From contig JBHGNT010000008.1 of NCBI GenBank assembly GCA_043228905.1, positions 7,130,001-7,194,000 on the forward strand: a stretch of DNA of 64,000 nucleotides, in the 5' to 3' direction. Under the pieces are notes generated by a model, which saw only the letters and a list, made by a program, of their open reading frames with translations, was not told the DNA's origin and searched no databases. The stretch is from Azolla caroliniana (Eukaryota > Plantae > Polypodiophyta). Positions 12,497-25,999 of the stretch are shown piece after piece. Positions within the stretch are counted from its first letter, which is position 1. Each line of letters starts with the position of its first letter. A program made the translations under genes and the position numbers.

Positions 12497-15400
12497 TTAA
12501 CAGTTCGTGGTGTTATTTTGTTCTGCTTGCCAATTCCTCTTGCGTTGATTTATGAACCAATTGTTGATCTGCTTCAATTCAAGCCCACTCTCTTCTGCTA
12601 ATTTAATCTTATCCTCCTCCTGCACTCCACAATTATGGAGATGATATATAAATAATCAATGACATTTAATCACCCAACAAAACACTAAAAACTTATATTA
12701 ACATAATTAATGAAATGAACCCCAAATCCTCGAACAAAACCTAAAATCTTATACTACCATAATTAATGAATGAAGTCCAAATCCTTGAACAAAACCCTAA
12801 AAACTCATACTAACATACTTAATGAAATGAAACCCACATCCTTGAACAAAACCCTAAAAACTTATACTTAACATAATTAATGAATGAACCCCAAATCCTC
12901 AAACAAAACCTAAAAACGTATACTAGCATAATTAATGAAATGAACCCCAAATCCTCAAACAAAACCCTAAAAACTCATACTAACATAATTAATGAAATGA
13001 AACCCACATCCTCGAACAAAACCCTAAAAACTTATACTTAACATAATTAATGAATGCACCATGCATATCAGCAAAAACCTAAGAAAGCAAGAATTCATGG
13101 TGCACTAGTAGCTCTAGCTCCATGAAAACAACTTGTGTGATTATGTATTGCAGGTAATTATACCGTGGGATATGGCCACTTTGCGTGCGCATTCCACCAG
13201 TCTTTGAGCACGTGGGTCGTCTCTCCGGGTAATTTCCCAGCACGCCGCTTCCTCATTATCTCGTCTCGAACATCCCTCAGTTTGGACCTATAATCCTATA
13301 TAATATCATACACAACATAATCATCTACGTTATTGCTCTTTTAATCAGTTAATAGGGTTTATGGTTTAGGTTTCATATACTAGAATTGTATGCTTTAATT
13401 TCCATGACACCCATATGGTCAAGCAATACATCCAGCAAATTTATATATATTAATTGAATGCTTGTAAGATTGAGTCCTTATGTTTGTGCCTAGACACTTA
13501 GCATTAGATAATTTATCAAAGCAATTGAATTTATTTTAACTAGGCCTGCATGTTTAAAATAATAGCAGTGGATCTTAAATGGAGTCACATTTTCATCAAA
13601 CAAGGTAATGGATGCTTATACCTTGTCATTGAATCAAAGAATGCAGGATGGGAATCAAATTAGGACATTAGGTTTTAAGTGTACACAATATAATCATCTG
13701 TACACTATTGCCCTTTTAGGGTTATATGCTATAATTTCCATGACACCCATATTGTCAAGCAATACATACAGCAAATTTATATATATACTAATTGAATGAT
13801 TGAAAGATTGGGTTGGTTCTTATGTTTGAGCCTTAGAATTTTTTGTAAATTAGATAATCAATCAAGCGATTGCATTTATTTTAACTAGGCCTGCATATTA
13901 TTGAAAACATGGCAATAAATCATCTACATATTAGCAATTGAATTTAGTTCAACTAGGCCTGCATATTTGAAAATATAACATTGTATTCATAAAAAAAAAC
14001 CCACCTCTTTGAGCTCCTTCTTCAGCTCTTGTCGAACATTGTCTATGAGGGCGCGATCGATATCATGAGCAGAGAAGGCATCGAGCGCATATGTGTACAC
14101 ATTATCTTGGCCAAAATTATACATATTGTTGATCTCTGCATCGGTATGATGCTTCTCGTCTTCTTCGGGCATTAAGGAGCCATTCCCAGGCCCAACACAC
14201 ACACCTGCAGAGTAATCATTACACTGTGTTTATCAGCATTAAATCATTGTATGAAAAGTTAAATTTAAGCAATATAAGATGTATACTACCCTAATCTGTG
14301 TGTATGTGTATGTGCTTGTGTGTGTCCATGCATGCTTAATCCTATGTAACTAAAATGTTATTGCATTATGAAGACAATTAATTACGCGTTGAAATCAATC
14401 CTGGATGATTATATGGGGAATTCAGAGGGGAAGGATTAATCTCTCTCGCAATTATCCACTTACCAGTAAAAGATTGTAGAGCGAGCTTTCGATCTCCAAT
14501 TAATTAAAATGTTATTGCATTATAAAGACAATTAATTACGCGCTGAAATAAATCCTGGATGATTATATGGTGAATTCAGAGGGGAAGGATTAATCTCTCT
14601 GGCAATTATGCACTAACCCGTAAGATCGTAGAGCGAACGTTCGATCTCTAAGCATGCCGTTAAGGCCTCGGCTGTTTGGGTATTCAGATGATCTTCTAAT
14701 TGCTGCTTGAATGACTCCAGCAATAATATGTAGCTTACCTGATAATCATCCTCATCCCACAGTACACAAATTTTGCTAATTATTAACAATCAACAGTTAT
14801 CAAATTGGAATAAAATTTCAAATTAGCTCTGTACGTGATCAATAACATAACTGATCAGCTAATTAATTCCGGTACCAATTAATGAAGAGTGTCACATGAG
14901 CAGCAGCCCCTCCTATTCATTATTACTACATGCAGCTAAGCTAGTTCATGGATTTATGTGTGATAATTAGGTCTACCATAAGCTCACAAATCTCTCTCAA
15001 ATAAATACGGTCGAGGCTAATGATAATTAAAATGCATATATATATACATCGTTAGCAATACAATTGGCAATAATAATATTTGCAACCTAGCGGATTAACT
15101 AACTACAGTTAACTATATGGGATGATCGATCGAAGCTCAGGACAACCTGTTGAATTAACTGTGAATTTCTGGCATAATCTAATCATGTAATACTATTGAA
15201 TCATGTAATACCACCAGTCACTCAGATGCGGTGGATTGATGTGGAGAGAGGGTTAGAACAGCATCATGGAAATAATCTATAGCAGCTACTAATTGCATAT
15301 TAAAAGATTTCGTTAATGGACCTTATAGGATTTTTCTAAAAAAATTTATTACCATGAATTGGTTGAGCTCGTCCTTGTCGAAATGGGTGGAGGTGGATGT

Positions 15401-15979
15401 ATTAATATTAATAGTATTATTATGATGATTATTATTATTATTAATGAGATTGGAGGAGGAGGAGGAGGAGGATTGGTTGAGGTAGTTGGAGGCGAGGAGC
15501 GGCAGTTGGTCGTTATTGTTGTTGTTGTTGTTGTTGTGGAGGAGGAGGAGGAGGAGGCGATCAGTTGGTCTGCTGTTGTTGCTGCTGCTGCTGCTGAAGG
15601 GCCGCGCCGCCACCTGGAGGCACGTCACGTGAGCCGCCAGGAGCTGCTTGAACAGGGGATGGGACACCACGTGGGCCTTCAGATCCGCCACGGCGGCGGC
15701 GGCGGCGGAATCTCCGTACAACCCGCCGCCGCCGCCGCCTCCGGAGGCGGCGGCGGTGGCGGCAGACATGGCGTTGAGGCTGCCACGATGATGATAATGA
15801 TGATGATGATCTCCGCTCTTCGGATGATTACTGCTACTGTAGCGGTTAATATGGATTAAATCATTCGGATTCTCTGCATCATCATCATCATCATTAGAAT
15901 GATGATGATGATGATTAGGAGGAGGAGGATTGCTCTGCTGTTGCTGCTGCTGCTGCCAATGATTGTTGTTCTGCTGCAT
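12497..15979 (-). CDS. KNOX2: Class II KNOX (KNAT3/4/5/7-like) TALE homeodomain protein, ~400 aa; possible sixth exon 12264-12367
   Basis: Exons 15979-15353, 14738-14618, 14204-14005, 13295-13164, 12619-12497, in phase. KNOX1 ([21 protein letters not shown]), KNOX2 ([21 protein letters not shown]), ELK ([11 protein letters not shown]), homeodomain [41 protein letters not shown]. The KRRAGKLPG and RNW motifs indicate class II. Confidence 0.93.
12676..13060. repeat. ~57-bp minisatellite, 7 copies, in KNOX intron 4
   Basis: Unit AACAAAACCCTAAAAACTYATACTAACATAATTAATGAAATGAACCCCAAATCCTYG. Confidence 0.9.
13390..13975. repeat. Diverged ~170-bp direct duplication plus a partial third copy in KNOX intron 3
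   Basis: AATTTCCATGACACCCATAT.GTCAAGCAATACAT at ~13397 and ~13732; AACTAGGCCTGCAT occurs three times. Confidence 0.75.
14351..14648. repeat. 154-bp-period tandem duplication spanning the KNOX exon 2 donor
   Basis: Copies start TAAAATGTTATTGCATTAT at 14351 and 14505. Confidence 0.85.
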
Positions 15980-15999
15980 AGCCGAATGAGGAGGAGCTT

Positions 16000-16425
16000 A
16001 GAAAGAAGAAGTGCTGAAGAACTGTGTGTGTGTGGCGATGGCGATGGCGATGGCGGCGAGTTAGGAAGAAATGTTACATAGAGAAGAAATATGAGCACAG
16101 AGACAGAGAGACAGAGACAGAGAGAGAGGGGTCATTAAGGAGCAATGGGGGATCATTAAGTGCTAGTAATGGAGGTGATTAAGGATTAATTAGGGGGGGG
16201 GTGGGGGCTAGTAATTGAGTCATTAAGCATTAATCAAGCGCTAATAATGCACACTCACAGCGGAAAAACAAAAAAGGAGCAGAAGCAATGATTACCGCGG
16301 CCCCACCAAAAAGAAAAAACAATTAAAAAGAGCCCTCGGGAATATTATATATATATATATATATCATATATTATATTTATTTGTTTTTTTATATATAATA
16401 TATTTATATATATATATGTATATAC
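16000..16425 (-). promoter_or_regulatory. KNOX 5' UTR/core promoter: CT-rich microsatellite and TA-rich tract
   Basis: (AGAGAC)n at ~16098-16127 and (TA)n at ~16342-16423, directly upstream of the ATG. Position only; the TSS is unknown. Confidence 0.4.
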
Positions 16426-19400
16426 AGTACTCAATCATTTAAATAAATAAAATAAAGAAAGAAAGGGATTTAAATAAATAATAAAAACAGGAACAACGAC
16501 GCACGTGCACAATAGAAATTGAAATGATATCTAAGTATGTACTAATAATCACGAATTAATCAGGCCTTTCAGTATGTATGTATTATACTTTTTAAAAATC
16601 ATGAATTAATATGAGCCCCATGGGAGTATTGTAACTCACTAATTAATCAATGGGCTATGTATGTATGTAATAATAATGTATGTATGTGATTGATTATTGG
16701 GTTTTAAGAAGTTACATACATAGAGAGAAAGCGGGTTTACTACATACTCAAATCAAATAAATGTGTGGATGGATAGCTTTCTTCTTCTTATTATTATTAT
16801 AAAATAGGTCGCCATTTTATAGTGTGAGATTGTACTCGAGTGAACGTGTGTGCTTTGTTTGTTGCCTCTACTTTCTACCCTCTCCTATTGTTTTTGGTTA
16901 TTTACAGATTTAGCCCAAATAGCTCATATGTATACATGTACATACAGAAAAGAAAAAAAGTCCCACACACTCCTCCTAGTGGGCCATTTGGTTATGTCCA
17001 CCTAACCCCTCCCCCTCATCACACCCACCCGCTTTTGGCCTATTGGTCCCTCGCTCCTAAACACTTGTGTACCTCGCTTTACTCCTCTTCTTCTTCTGGA
17101 CATTGTGCCCCTCGTATACCCCCCCCCCCTCCCTCTGAGCTTGCTTTGCCACTTTCTTAACACACCCACGAGCTTTTTGGGATCTCGATCTTGATGCATG
17201 ACAACTTGTGTCTGCACGATTTGTTCTCTCTCTTTAAATTTCTTCCTTGTTTTTCTTTTTTTTACTACTCCAGCTCTCCTTTTGTCACATTACGTGTAAA
17301 TAGAGTTACCACCCCAACTCTGAACCCCTCGTTCGTTTCTTTGCGTCCCCCACCTTGTGATGCTCCAACATTGGTTTATCATCTGGATCCCCCCCCCCCC
17401 CATTGGAGATAGATAGGTTTGATGATTCATCAACTTCATCTACGCAACTTTGATGTTTTCGTCAATCGTGAAATATATCGTCCTGCCCCAAAATATTTAG
17501 AGCGAGGTTTTATTACCTCCTCCTAAATACATTTTCAATGAAAGAAGAGGTCAGAGCACCAGAGTTGAAAAAGTTGAACCGATACTCCCAAGCCGCATGA
17601 CCTTCATCGAGCTCGACTCTTAGAATGCAATTCTTGTTAATATGTGATGTGTTCCTGACATGCCACACGTGCTGCTGCGCATTTAGCATTTTGAATATTA
17701 CAAATGTCTCCATGTGTATGTATAGGTAACCAAAGATAGGCGAATTTTGTTGGAAATAACAGGAAGAGCTACTCTACTTGATGTACAGTGAGTGAAATTG
17801 AGACTAGGTAAGCCAGATCATCGACAAAGGGAGAAGATGTGCCATTGAAGTCACAAAAAAAGAAAAGGTGTGAAAGGGATGTGGGGAGCCTTTTCTACAT
17901 CTCTAGAGAGTACAAAGACAATGGGGAGGGATCTATCTCTCAATGACTTTACTCTCCCAAACAGTTTGAAGGCAAAAATAAATTTATTTCACATCAATCT
18001 TAGGATTGGATGGCCTTTCGATTACCATATAGCCCATAGATTGTTAGGCAAAGGAAAATTATAATGTTTCAATATTTCAATGTACGGAAAGCAAACAAAG
18101 CGTCAGGGATATAATCTATTCTATAATTGGCATTAATATTATGCAATCAGAGGCTAAAGTTCAAGTTTAACATATACTCGAGGTCAAAGTGTTAACAAAT
18201 TTTAACATAACATGATACATGTAAATTATACACTCTGTCATGAATCACGAATAATTTAATTCCTTTTGAAAACTTTGAATTGATATAATAACATTGATTT
18301 TGTGTTAATAAATTTGTGCATGGGGTGATCCAAATATTTAATTTATGAATCAAATTTATGATTCGAATTGCAACGTTGAATCTAGGATTGAGATTTGGAA
18401 TTAGAATTGAACCATATTGAGACAATGTCTGAGGTCTGAAAGCATTACAAACTATAGTGAGATCTACAATATGAAAGTTTAGGTGGTATGAAATTCTCGA
18501 TGATGTTCAGTTCAACGTGGCCAAAAAACATTCTTTAAACATATTATAATAAGTTGATGGCATTGATTTATAATAATGAGCTCATTTTACTTCTCATGAT
18601 TCCGTGCACTAATTGGTAAAACTTGATACGTACTTGATTGCGATTGCACTAGCTAGTCAAGAAACGACATATGATGCCAATAGGATATAAAGGAGAAGAA
18701 AAGAAAAAACACAGATGTGCCCAAGAAATTTCGAGAGTGTGCATGTCAAATCAGTGCAAACATTGGGTGTCAATTATATTGTGTAGGTATAAAACAACAA
18801 AAGATAAAAGTGATCAGAGAAGAAGAGAACATGGGGCACTAGCTACAAGTGTGCTTAAAAAGTTACCAATGCATGATGTGACCAAGTAATGTAATGTGTG
18901 TACGGACGGGATGAGCATTTCACAAACCTTCAAGTAAAAACATCTGACATACCCTTCGTTGAGAAGGTTGGATAAATTTAGGTCGACACTCAAATATTAT
19001 AATACTTTTCACTCGATCTCGAATCCCAATGTTGGCATATACTTGAAATGGGATGAATTGATCATGTCCTTTTCTTTCGTATACATTAAAATATAGATCA
19101 ATTTTGTGATGAAGATGGTCAAATGGTTATCCAAACTTGGTAGGACTTTCTAATGAACACGGAAGCCATGTGTATATATATACACATTATATGTATCTTT
19201 TTAGCCTCACTAGATTTTCCCTTTAATACATTCATTTAATACTTCATTTTTTGTCGCTTTCATTATTCTCAATGTTGGGAGGTACTTGCTAATATGGAAG
19301 TACACGCAGGCATGCACACATGCACATACATTCATCTCTAACGTTGATTTCCTCTATAAAGATAGTGTTGGTTCACGATTTGGCATTACCAGCTAGCTAT

Positions 19401-21499
19401 GCAGCTATATACTACCACGCTCTTCAGTCAAATTCGTCATTACTAGTTGTGCAGACATACTAGCACACTCTTCAAACAGATGGGTCTAGTACCAAAACAT
19501 TACACTTTTTGTTTCTTGCTATTGAGTTCGGTTGACAAGTACTTGGAATTCACTTGGCCAGTCACATTGCGTGAAATTATTTATCTTAATTTTGTCATGT
19601 TGGAGAGGTTAAATTTGTGCAAGGGCAACCATATACTTTCGAAGGTTGAAAGTTCTAAAGTACTCTGCTATTATGGTTATAGATCACTCTTTATTGTATC
19701 CAGGGTCTATGTAATAGCTAGACTACTATTCATACTATATTCTCTTGATTTGAACATCTCTAGTTAGTACACCACCATGCTTTTGTTTTTCTAACATAGG
19801 TTAAGTTCTTGAAATACTCACACTATTATGATTTATGAGCATAGACTTCCAATGAAATAGTCATGATCAATGAACCAATTTATCACCTAAAAACAAAGCA
19901 AGCAAGTGAAAGGCCTATGTTGTATCAGTATGTATGCCTAACCTTTGATCTACTTCCTTAGTCCGCATCTCACAAATGCAAACTCCCAATTCATGAGCTA
20001 GTACTTCAGACAAATGACTCATATATAAAGATTGCTTTTTAGGGAAGCTCAACATGTGAAATCAATTCCAAATATCGGCACCACAACAATACTAAGTGTT
20101 TATGGGGCATCTCGCATTACATCATTATCAGTCATCGTTCTTTTGTGAGTATTGCTCTAAATATTCAATATCCCCCAACCAATAATACTAATTAAAAGTT
20201 GCTTATTTACCTATCTCATACCAAACACAGGCATATGGAACCCTAATACTAACCTTTAAGAAGCCTCAAAGCATGAAAACTAGATTTTCACATTTGCTTG
20301 TCAACCATCTATACTTAAACTTCACATGCATGCATAATATTGGATGAGGTCGTGTATGACATAGTTCAAACTTGTGATAATTTTCCATTAATATCACGGA
20401 ATCTTAATATTTGTTCTCAAGTAGATCATGATATTGCAACATCAATGCGACATGTGCATTAGGTCTTGTGCTTGTCTTGTGTAGGGGACAATATAAACAT
20501 AATTTTTGCCCATAGATAACTTTTGTGGCGAGAACCTTTGTGTTGTTTTTGCTATGCAATTTTGCAAAGATTTGAAGTTAGTTTGCAAGAAATAATAGAG
20601 TCTTGTTGTACCAAGGAGATAAACAATAGAAAGTTATGGACTTCAAATATGTGTTTAAATGGATACCATATTCAACGAATCAAAGCGTGTTGATTATCAA
20701 TTTTGTTTATGTGCTATAATGTCATATTATAAAATACTTACATAAGTATACAATCATCAGAAACACATAAAGTACATAGGTTATAATGATCACATACATA
20801 CATGTATTATGAATATTGTTATGTGTTTTTCATCTCATTGTTCACATGCACCCTTACTAGGTTGTAAAGTTGAAAAGAAAGATTATAAGTGAAGGACGAT
20901 GAATCTATTGATAGGATCTACAAGTGAAGAATGTCAAGTGACAAGTACTTGTGTAAGCACAAGTAATGATAAAGTGATATGATGGATGTCCCATATCTAA
21001 AGGCAAGACTTCATGAGTAATGTGTACCACATGACCAAATATAGTCGATCAATATGTACACATGAGGTTTGCGTAATGTTGATAGATAATCTTTAATATT
21101 GCTAGAGGCATGGAACAAGCATTATAAGCATATTATGTTTCCTAAGTTGAGAAGAAAATTTAGATTGATAAGATAGTAGGGCCGAAAGTAATTTGAATCT
21201 TCGTAATATTTCATATGAGATATCATATGTCACTAGTAAAGACCTTGAGAATGGGTGCAACCGTGATCACCCTATGGTTAATTTCGACTTTTACCGGTAA
21301 ATTTTCTATTTTACTTTGAATCTTTTGTAAGAATATTGGAAAAGTCAGTGAGCTAATTAATCATTTCGATTATACGTTAATGATTGTTAATAATACTTGT
21401 TGGACCATTGATATTAGTCTTACTTTGGTTATGGTGTGTCCAATCATGTTTGAAAGTTTCTAAGATTAAACGAATTTATTATGATGTACAATAGGTCAC

Positions 21500-23497
21500 A
21501 CAATCGTAATCAAATGACTTTTTAGATCAAAAGGATGTAACAAGATGTATGGAAGACCATGCACTATATACAAATGACAACCTATACTTTTTGAGTACAA
21601 GCTAGTGAATGAAAACTATGGTCGCCCATGCCAACCTACTCAACTAGGTGGGACTAACTCATATACATCGGATTAGCGTCCTAGTTGGTGCCAATGAAAA
21701 AGTTTGATGACTATGTCGTCAATTCACCATGGAATGATTTTCGATCCTAGAAAGATTTGGTAGCTCATCTAGGAAATTAAGAAAGTCACGAATCATGATT
21801 CAATTATAAAAGAAACTAAAGCCTAAAAACATTATGCTTTCTAGGATATTTTGTTTGCGCGACTCTATCCCAAAAAGATTTGGTACCTTATTGAGCAATC
21901 TTATATACCATGAATTCGAACTTAGGGACTTGTAGTTCACAAATATTAGTACAATATATAATAAATAATGTGTATTCAAGAGAGTAGCCTCTAGGATAGA
22001 CATGACTTTGGTCATGTCATTACGTGTGGACAAAGAATTGGTAATTTTGGGGAATGCAATTAAAGGGTACTATCATTCTGGTAAAGGATTAAAGAGAAGA
22101 AAAAACAACATGTTGTAAACTTGTATATAGGTGATAGAAACTTACTATAAGTTACCACATACCTTGGATCTTTTACCTCAATATAATTTGTTCCTAATAA
22201 GTGTTTGTACCCAATCATAATCAACATTATCAAGGTATTTTGGAGGTTATGACTATCACATCTGTCATTGCCTTGAATGATATTCACTAAATTAGTTCCA
22301 ACAATCTCCCCACGATGGAAAACTACCTTGCATGCAAATATATATCGACAATATTTTAAATCTAAATTATCATGCATCAACCCAACTAAATTTGATACGA
22401 AGGTAAGATAAACCAATGCACACATACAAACACATACATCTCTCTTTCCGTTTCTACATGATCATATGGTCACTATTTTGGGTTGAGGTTTCCCCAATGT
22501 TGTTTTCCTCATGTTTCATGTGGGGCTACGTTCATTTGTACATCAACAGGAACAATATAATTAAAAATTTCATCAAGCGATTTGGATATACTGGTCAAGA
22601 AGAATTATCATTTTAGTCGGTTGCCATGAACATCAATAACATACCGATATAGCTTGCAACTTATCAATGACCATGATTTGGTTTAAACATTGTCGATGAT
22701 TATACCATCTAATTAAAGGAGATTGGCCACAAATCACCTTTTTATGTTTGATCTCAATACCTTTGAGTTTTGGTTTTTCACTACAAACAAATTATGCTAA
22801 TGCCATGTTGGTGTATATATACCATCACACCTATCTCATGTTTAGCTCCACATACGAAGTTTGTCTATGTTTGTATGATTGTGTCCAATTGTGTGTTAAT
22901 ATAATTGATAAATAAACCTATCCCAAGCTATTGGTATGGTTGGTTTGAGCCTCATAGACCATGTTTTGAAAGGCAAATTTGTAACAATACCTGTTATATT
23001 TTATTAGCTCGAACATACTTGGAGAAAATTAGTGTCAATACCGATAGACTAATTGCCTTAATGCATTTGAGCACCAAATGTAAGTCATTGATTATTATGT
23101 AGGCACTTTTTGTTGTTCCATTGGTGCCACAATCACCTTTTTTAGAGATGTCTTTATAATGTAGTTTCCCACTACCATTTGCTGCATAGATTTACACTAG
23201 TCTCACATGGATGTTGAAAAGATATATATCTATCTACAACTACCAATAAGAACATGATAGCCATATAGCATAATATTAAATATAATCCACAATATTGGTT
23301 GGGTTGGATCATAATCATTAGGAATGATAATTCATCATCTTGCCTTAGTGATTTTAGTTTATGCCTAGACTAAAGACTACCTTGTTGTGTGATGCCCTCA
23401 AACTCTTATAACCCTATTATCCACTATACTATCATTACTACATTTTTGTGGCAACAATACCGCACTCGTACATCCACACAATACAACCACCAATGGG

Positions 23498-23537
<40 letters not shown>

Positions 23538-25100
23538 CTACATATGATTACCTTGGGATTGTAAATTTTCCATCTTCGTACATATGACTAGGTTTACTAA
23601 TACACCTATACACACATAATAGTCCAATGTGGTGTTAAAGGTCATCCATCATTATTTGGGTTTGAGCTTCAAAAATGCTTCGTCAAATTTACCAATCTTA
23701 ATTTACCAGTCTACTATTTTTGACCCTGTGGGAATTCATATTGTGACTGGAACAATGTAGTTCTCTTTCGTACTTCCCTTTGTTTTGATATGGTTGGCTT
23801 CAACCGTACACCACGAGGAACAACATTTTCCAACATAATATTAAGAATGACTTAGGCCGTTGTTCCTTGCATTTAGTTGTCATAAAGCACCATCCTAGTA
23901 TCTTTGACCTCAATAATGTGGAAAGTGTGAGTTCTCTCTAAACAATGTTATTCATCTGTAGATTTTGGCACAAAGAAAGATTACCTTCCAATTTCCGTTG
24001 CTAAATTGATCAAAACTTTCCTTTTTTTGCTCAAAGATAATCTGAGCAAAACATTATATGATTTTGCCACTCCAACACTAAATCATTGGAACGCCCTAAA
24101 TTACCAAAATTAATCTTTCTCTATCCAAGATATATATAGATATAGACAAGGGATCAACAAACATACCACAATGCAATGTGCTAGATCTTTTATGAGAGAA
24201 TTATTGAACTATGAATTGTTGCAAATATAGAGCACTAGAAGAGATATCGTAGAGCCTAACTAGGTGATGAGAGATCAACAAGAGATATCCACTTCATTAT
24301 AAATATATACAAATACATTGTTTGTTTTGAATTCATTGGATACCATATGATATTAACTCATTCGTCCATCATGAATATGTGGTTTATGAAATGTTTGGGA
24401 GTACATAGAGAATATTCTATATGAAATCTTTGGGAGTTTATAAAGTAGGAAAGGATGGAAGAAGTCACCATTGGGAATGTAATTATCATGCTTTTGTTAT
24501 ACGTAGAGGACATGCATTCTGTAAATGCTTTAGATGATGATGATGGCTAAAAGCTTATGAATGTATATATAAAACTTTTGTATATAAGTAACCTAAGTGT
24601 TAATAGGTTCAAAATGAAGGTTATTGTTACGAAAACTCAAAATATGGACAAACCATGCACTATGCACATTTTTTCATAACAAAATATGCTTCATTAGTCA
24701 AATTTTGCATACATGATGACCTGAATAGGCTAACAACATTACAATGGCTGTAGCCATGACAACCTATGAAAACCATGCACTATGCACATTATGAACTACT
24801 TGAAAATGTGTCTTTCTCATCAATTGAAACAATGAATTCATGTTAATGTTTTTCCCATCAATGAGCTTCAATGTATAAGGGCTATTTCAATACATGATGA
24901 ATCCAATCATTTCCTTTTATTGCTCGAAATTTGTGGCATCAATGCATGATTACTAGCAACGTTATCACTTACTAATGCATCCAACAATTCATTCATTACA
25001 TTGTCTTGTTTACTTTGCATATTAACATCATGATCATCCACCCTATTATGTCCCCTAGCAACATGTGCATGAACACTCACTGCATTGTCATCAAAACTCA
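21500..25100 (-). mobile_element. Highly decayed gypsy-like pol remnant
   Basis: Faint integrase-like peptides (KDPRYVVTYSKFL, CRYIFACKVVFHRG) in the 22060-22425 ORF; boundaries are uncertain. Confidence 0.3.
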
Positions 25101-25380
25101 TGAATCTGGATCATTGTGTGGATGGATGGAACCACATGGCTTCTTGACTTAGAGATGGGGTAGAATTATAACAGTTGAATTTGAGTTCGAACAAGATTTG
25201 AATGTGAGTGAAGACATAAGATAGTATTCAATGAGAAATTAGTAGATAACGTATCTTTTAAAGAAAATCAAGATTAATATTTCTACTAAAATGACTTAGA
25301 TTTATCGCCAAATGGTTCGTCGTAAAATTAGACGGAAAAATAACCCCCTCACAAATTCCATGTGATCTTTATTTATCCCC

Positions 25381-25812
25381 TGAAAAGAGTTACGCGCGGA
25401 AGCTTACACAAGCAGTCGGCTCAGCCGGAAGACTATAGATAGTTAGGAATACATAGAGAATGTGGGTAGAAGGCAAGTACACAATAAGAGAGAGAGACTG
25501 AGTGAGCACACAAAACAACTTCAATTCAACACAATGATTCTCAGTACATACAATGTGCTCACAAAGCACTTTATATACAAGACCTTGATAGTGGGATGAC
25601 ACAAGTACTGACTAGTTAGTACTTTAATGCTCACTTATGAGCTCTGACACTAAATAGCCTATAATATTGTGGTGTTCCTTTCGTGCAAGCGCATGCCTTT
25701 TAACACACCACCCTTTCAGCACACCACCCCTTTTAGCGCACCCTTTTAGTACATCCTTTTGGAACGCATGTAGCTAGGCCAACCCAAAATGGGCACCTTT
25801 GTATCTTCAATA
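25381..25812 (-). mobile_element. Copia-type LTR remnant, same family as 35890-36312 and 50183-50606
   Basis: Shared blocks (CACTTT.TATACAAG, TACTTYAATGCTCA, TGACACTAA); no clear TSD. Confidence 0.6.
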
Positions 25813-25999
25813 AATTGAACGATAAGTAAGAAGCTAAGCAAGCTGGTTTGGCTTCTTTTTATGTGCATTTCACATAATTGGTGGAGAAGAGGAGTAAATT
25901 TGAGCCACTACCACCTCGTTCATGGCATCTCGATTCCCTCCTGTCGCCTCCGACGCCGATACCCCTATGCAGCTTGAGTTCCCGCAACCTCATGAACGA

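Noticed and set aside
15359-16098. Plus-strand and alternative-frame ORFs over KNOX exon 1
   Set aside because: Shadows of trinucleotide repeats with no independent motifs.
17000-21400. Short ORFs upstream of KNOX
   Set aside because: No recognisable domains or consistent splice structure; probably decayed TE or intergenic DNA.
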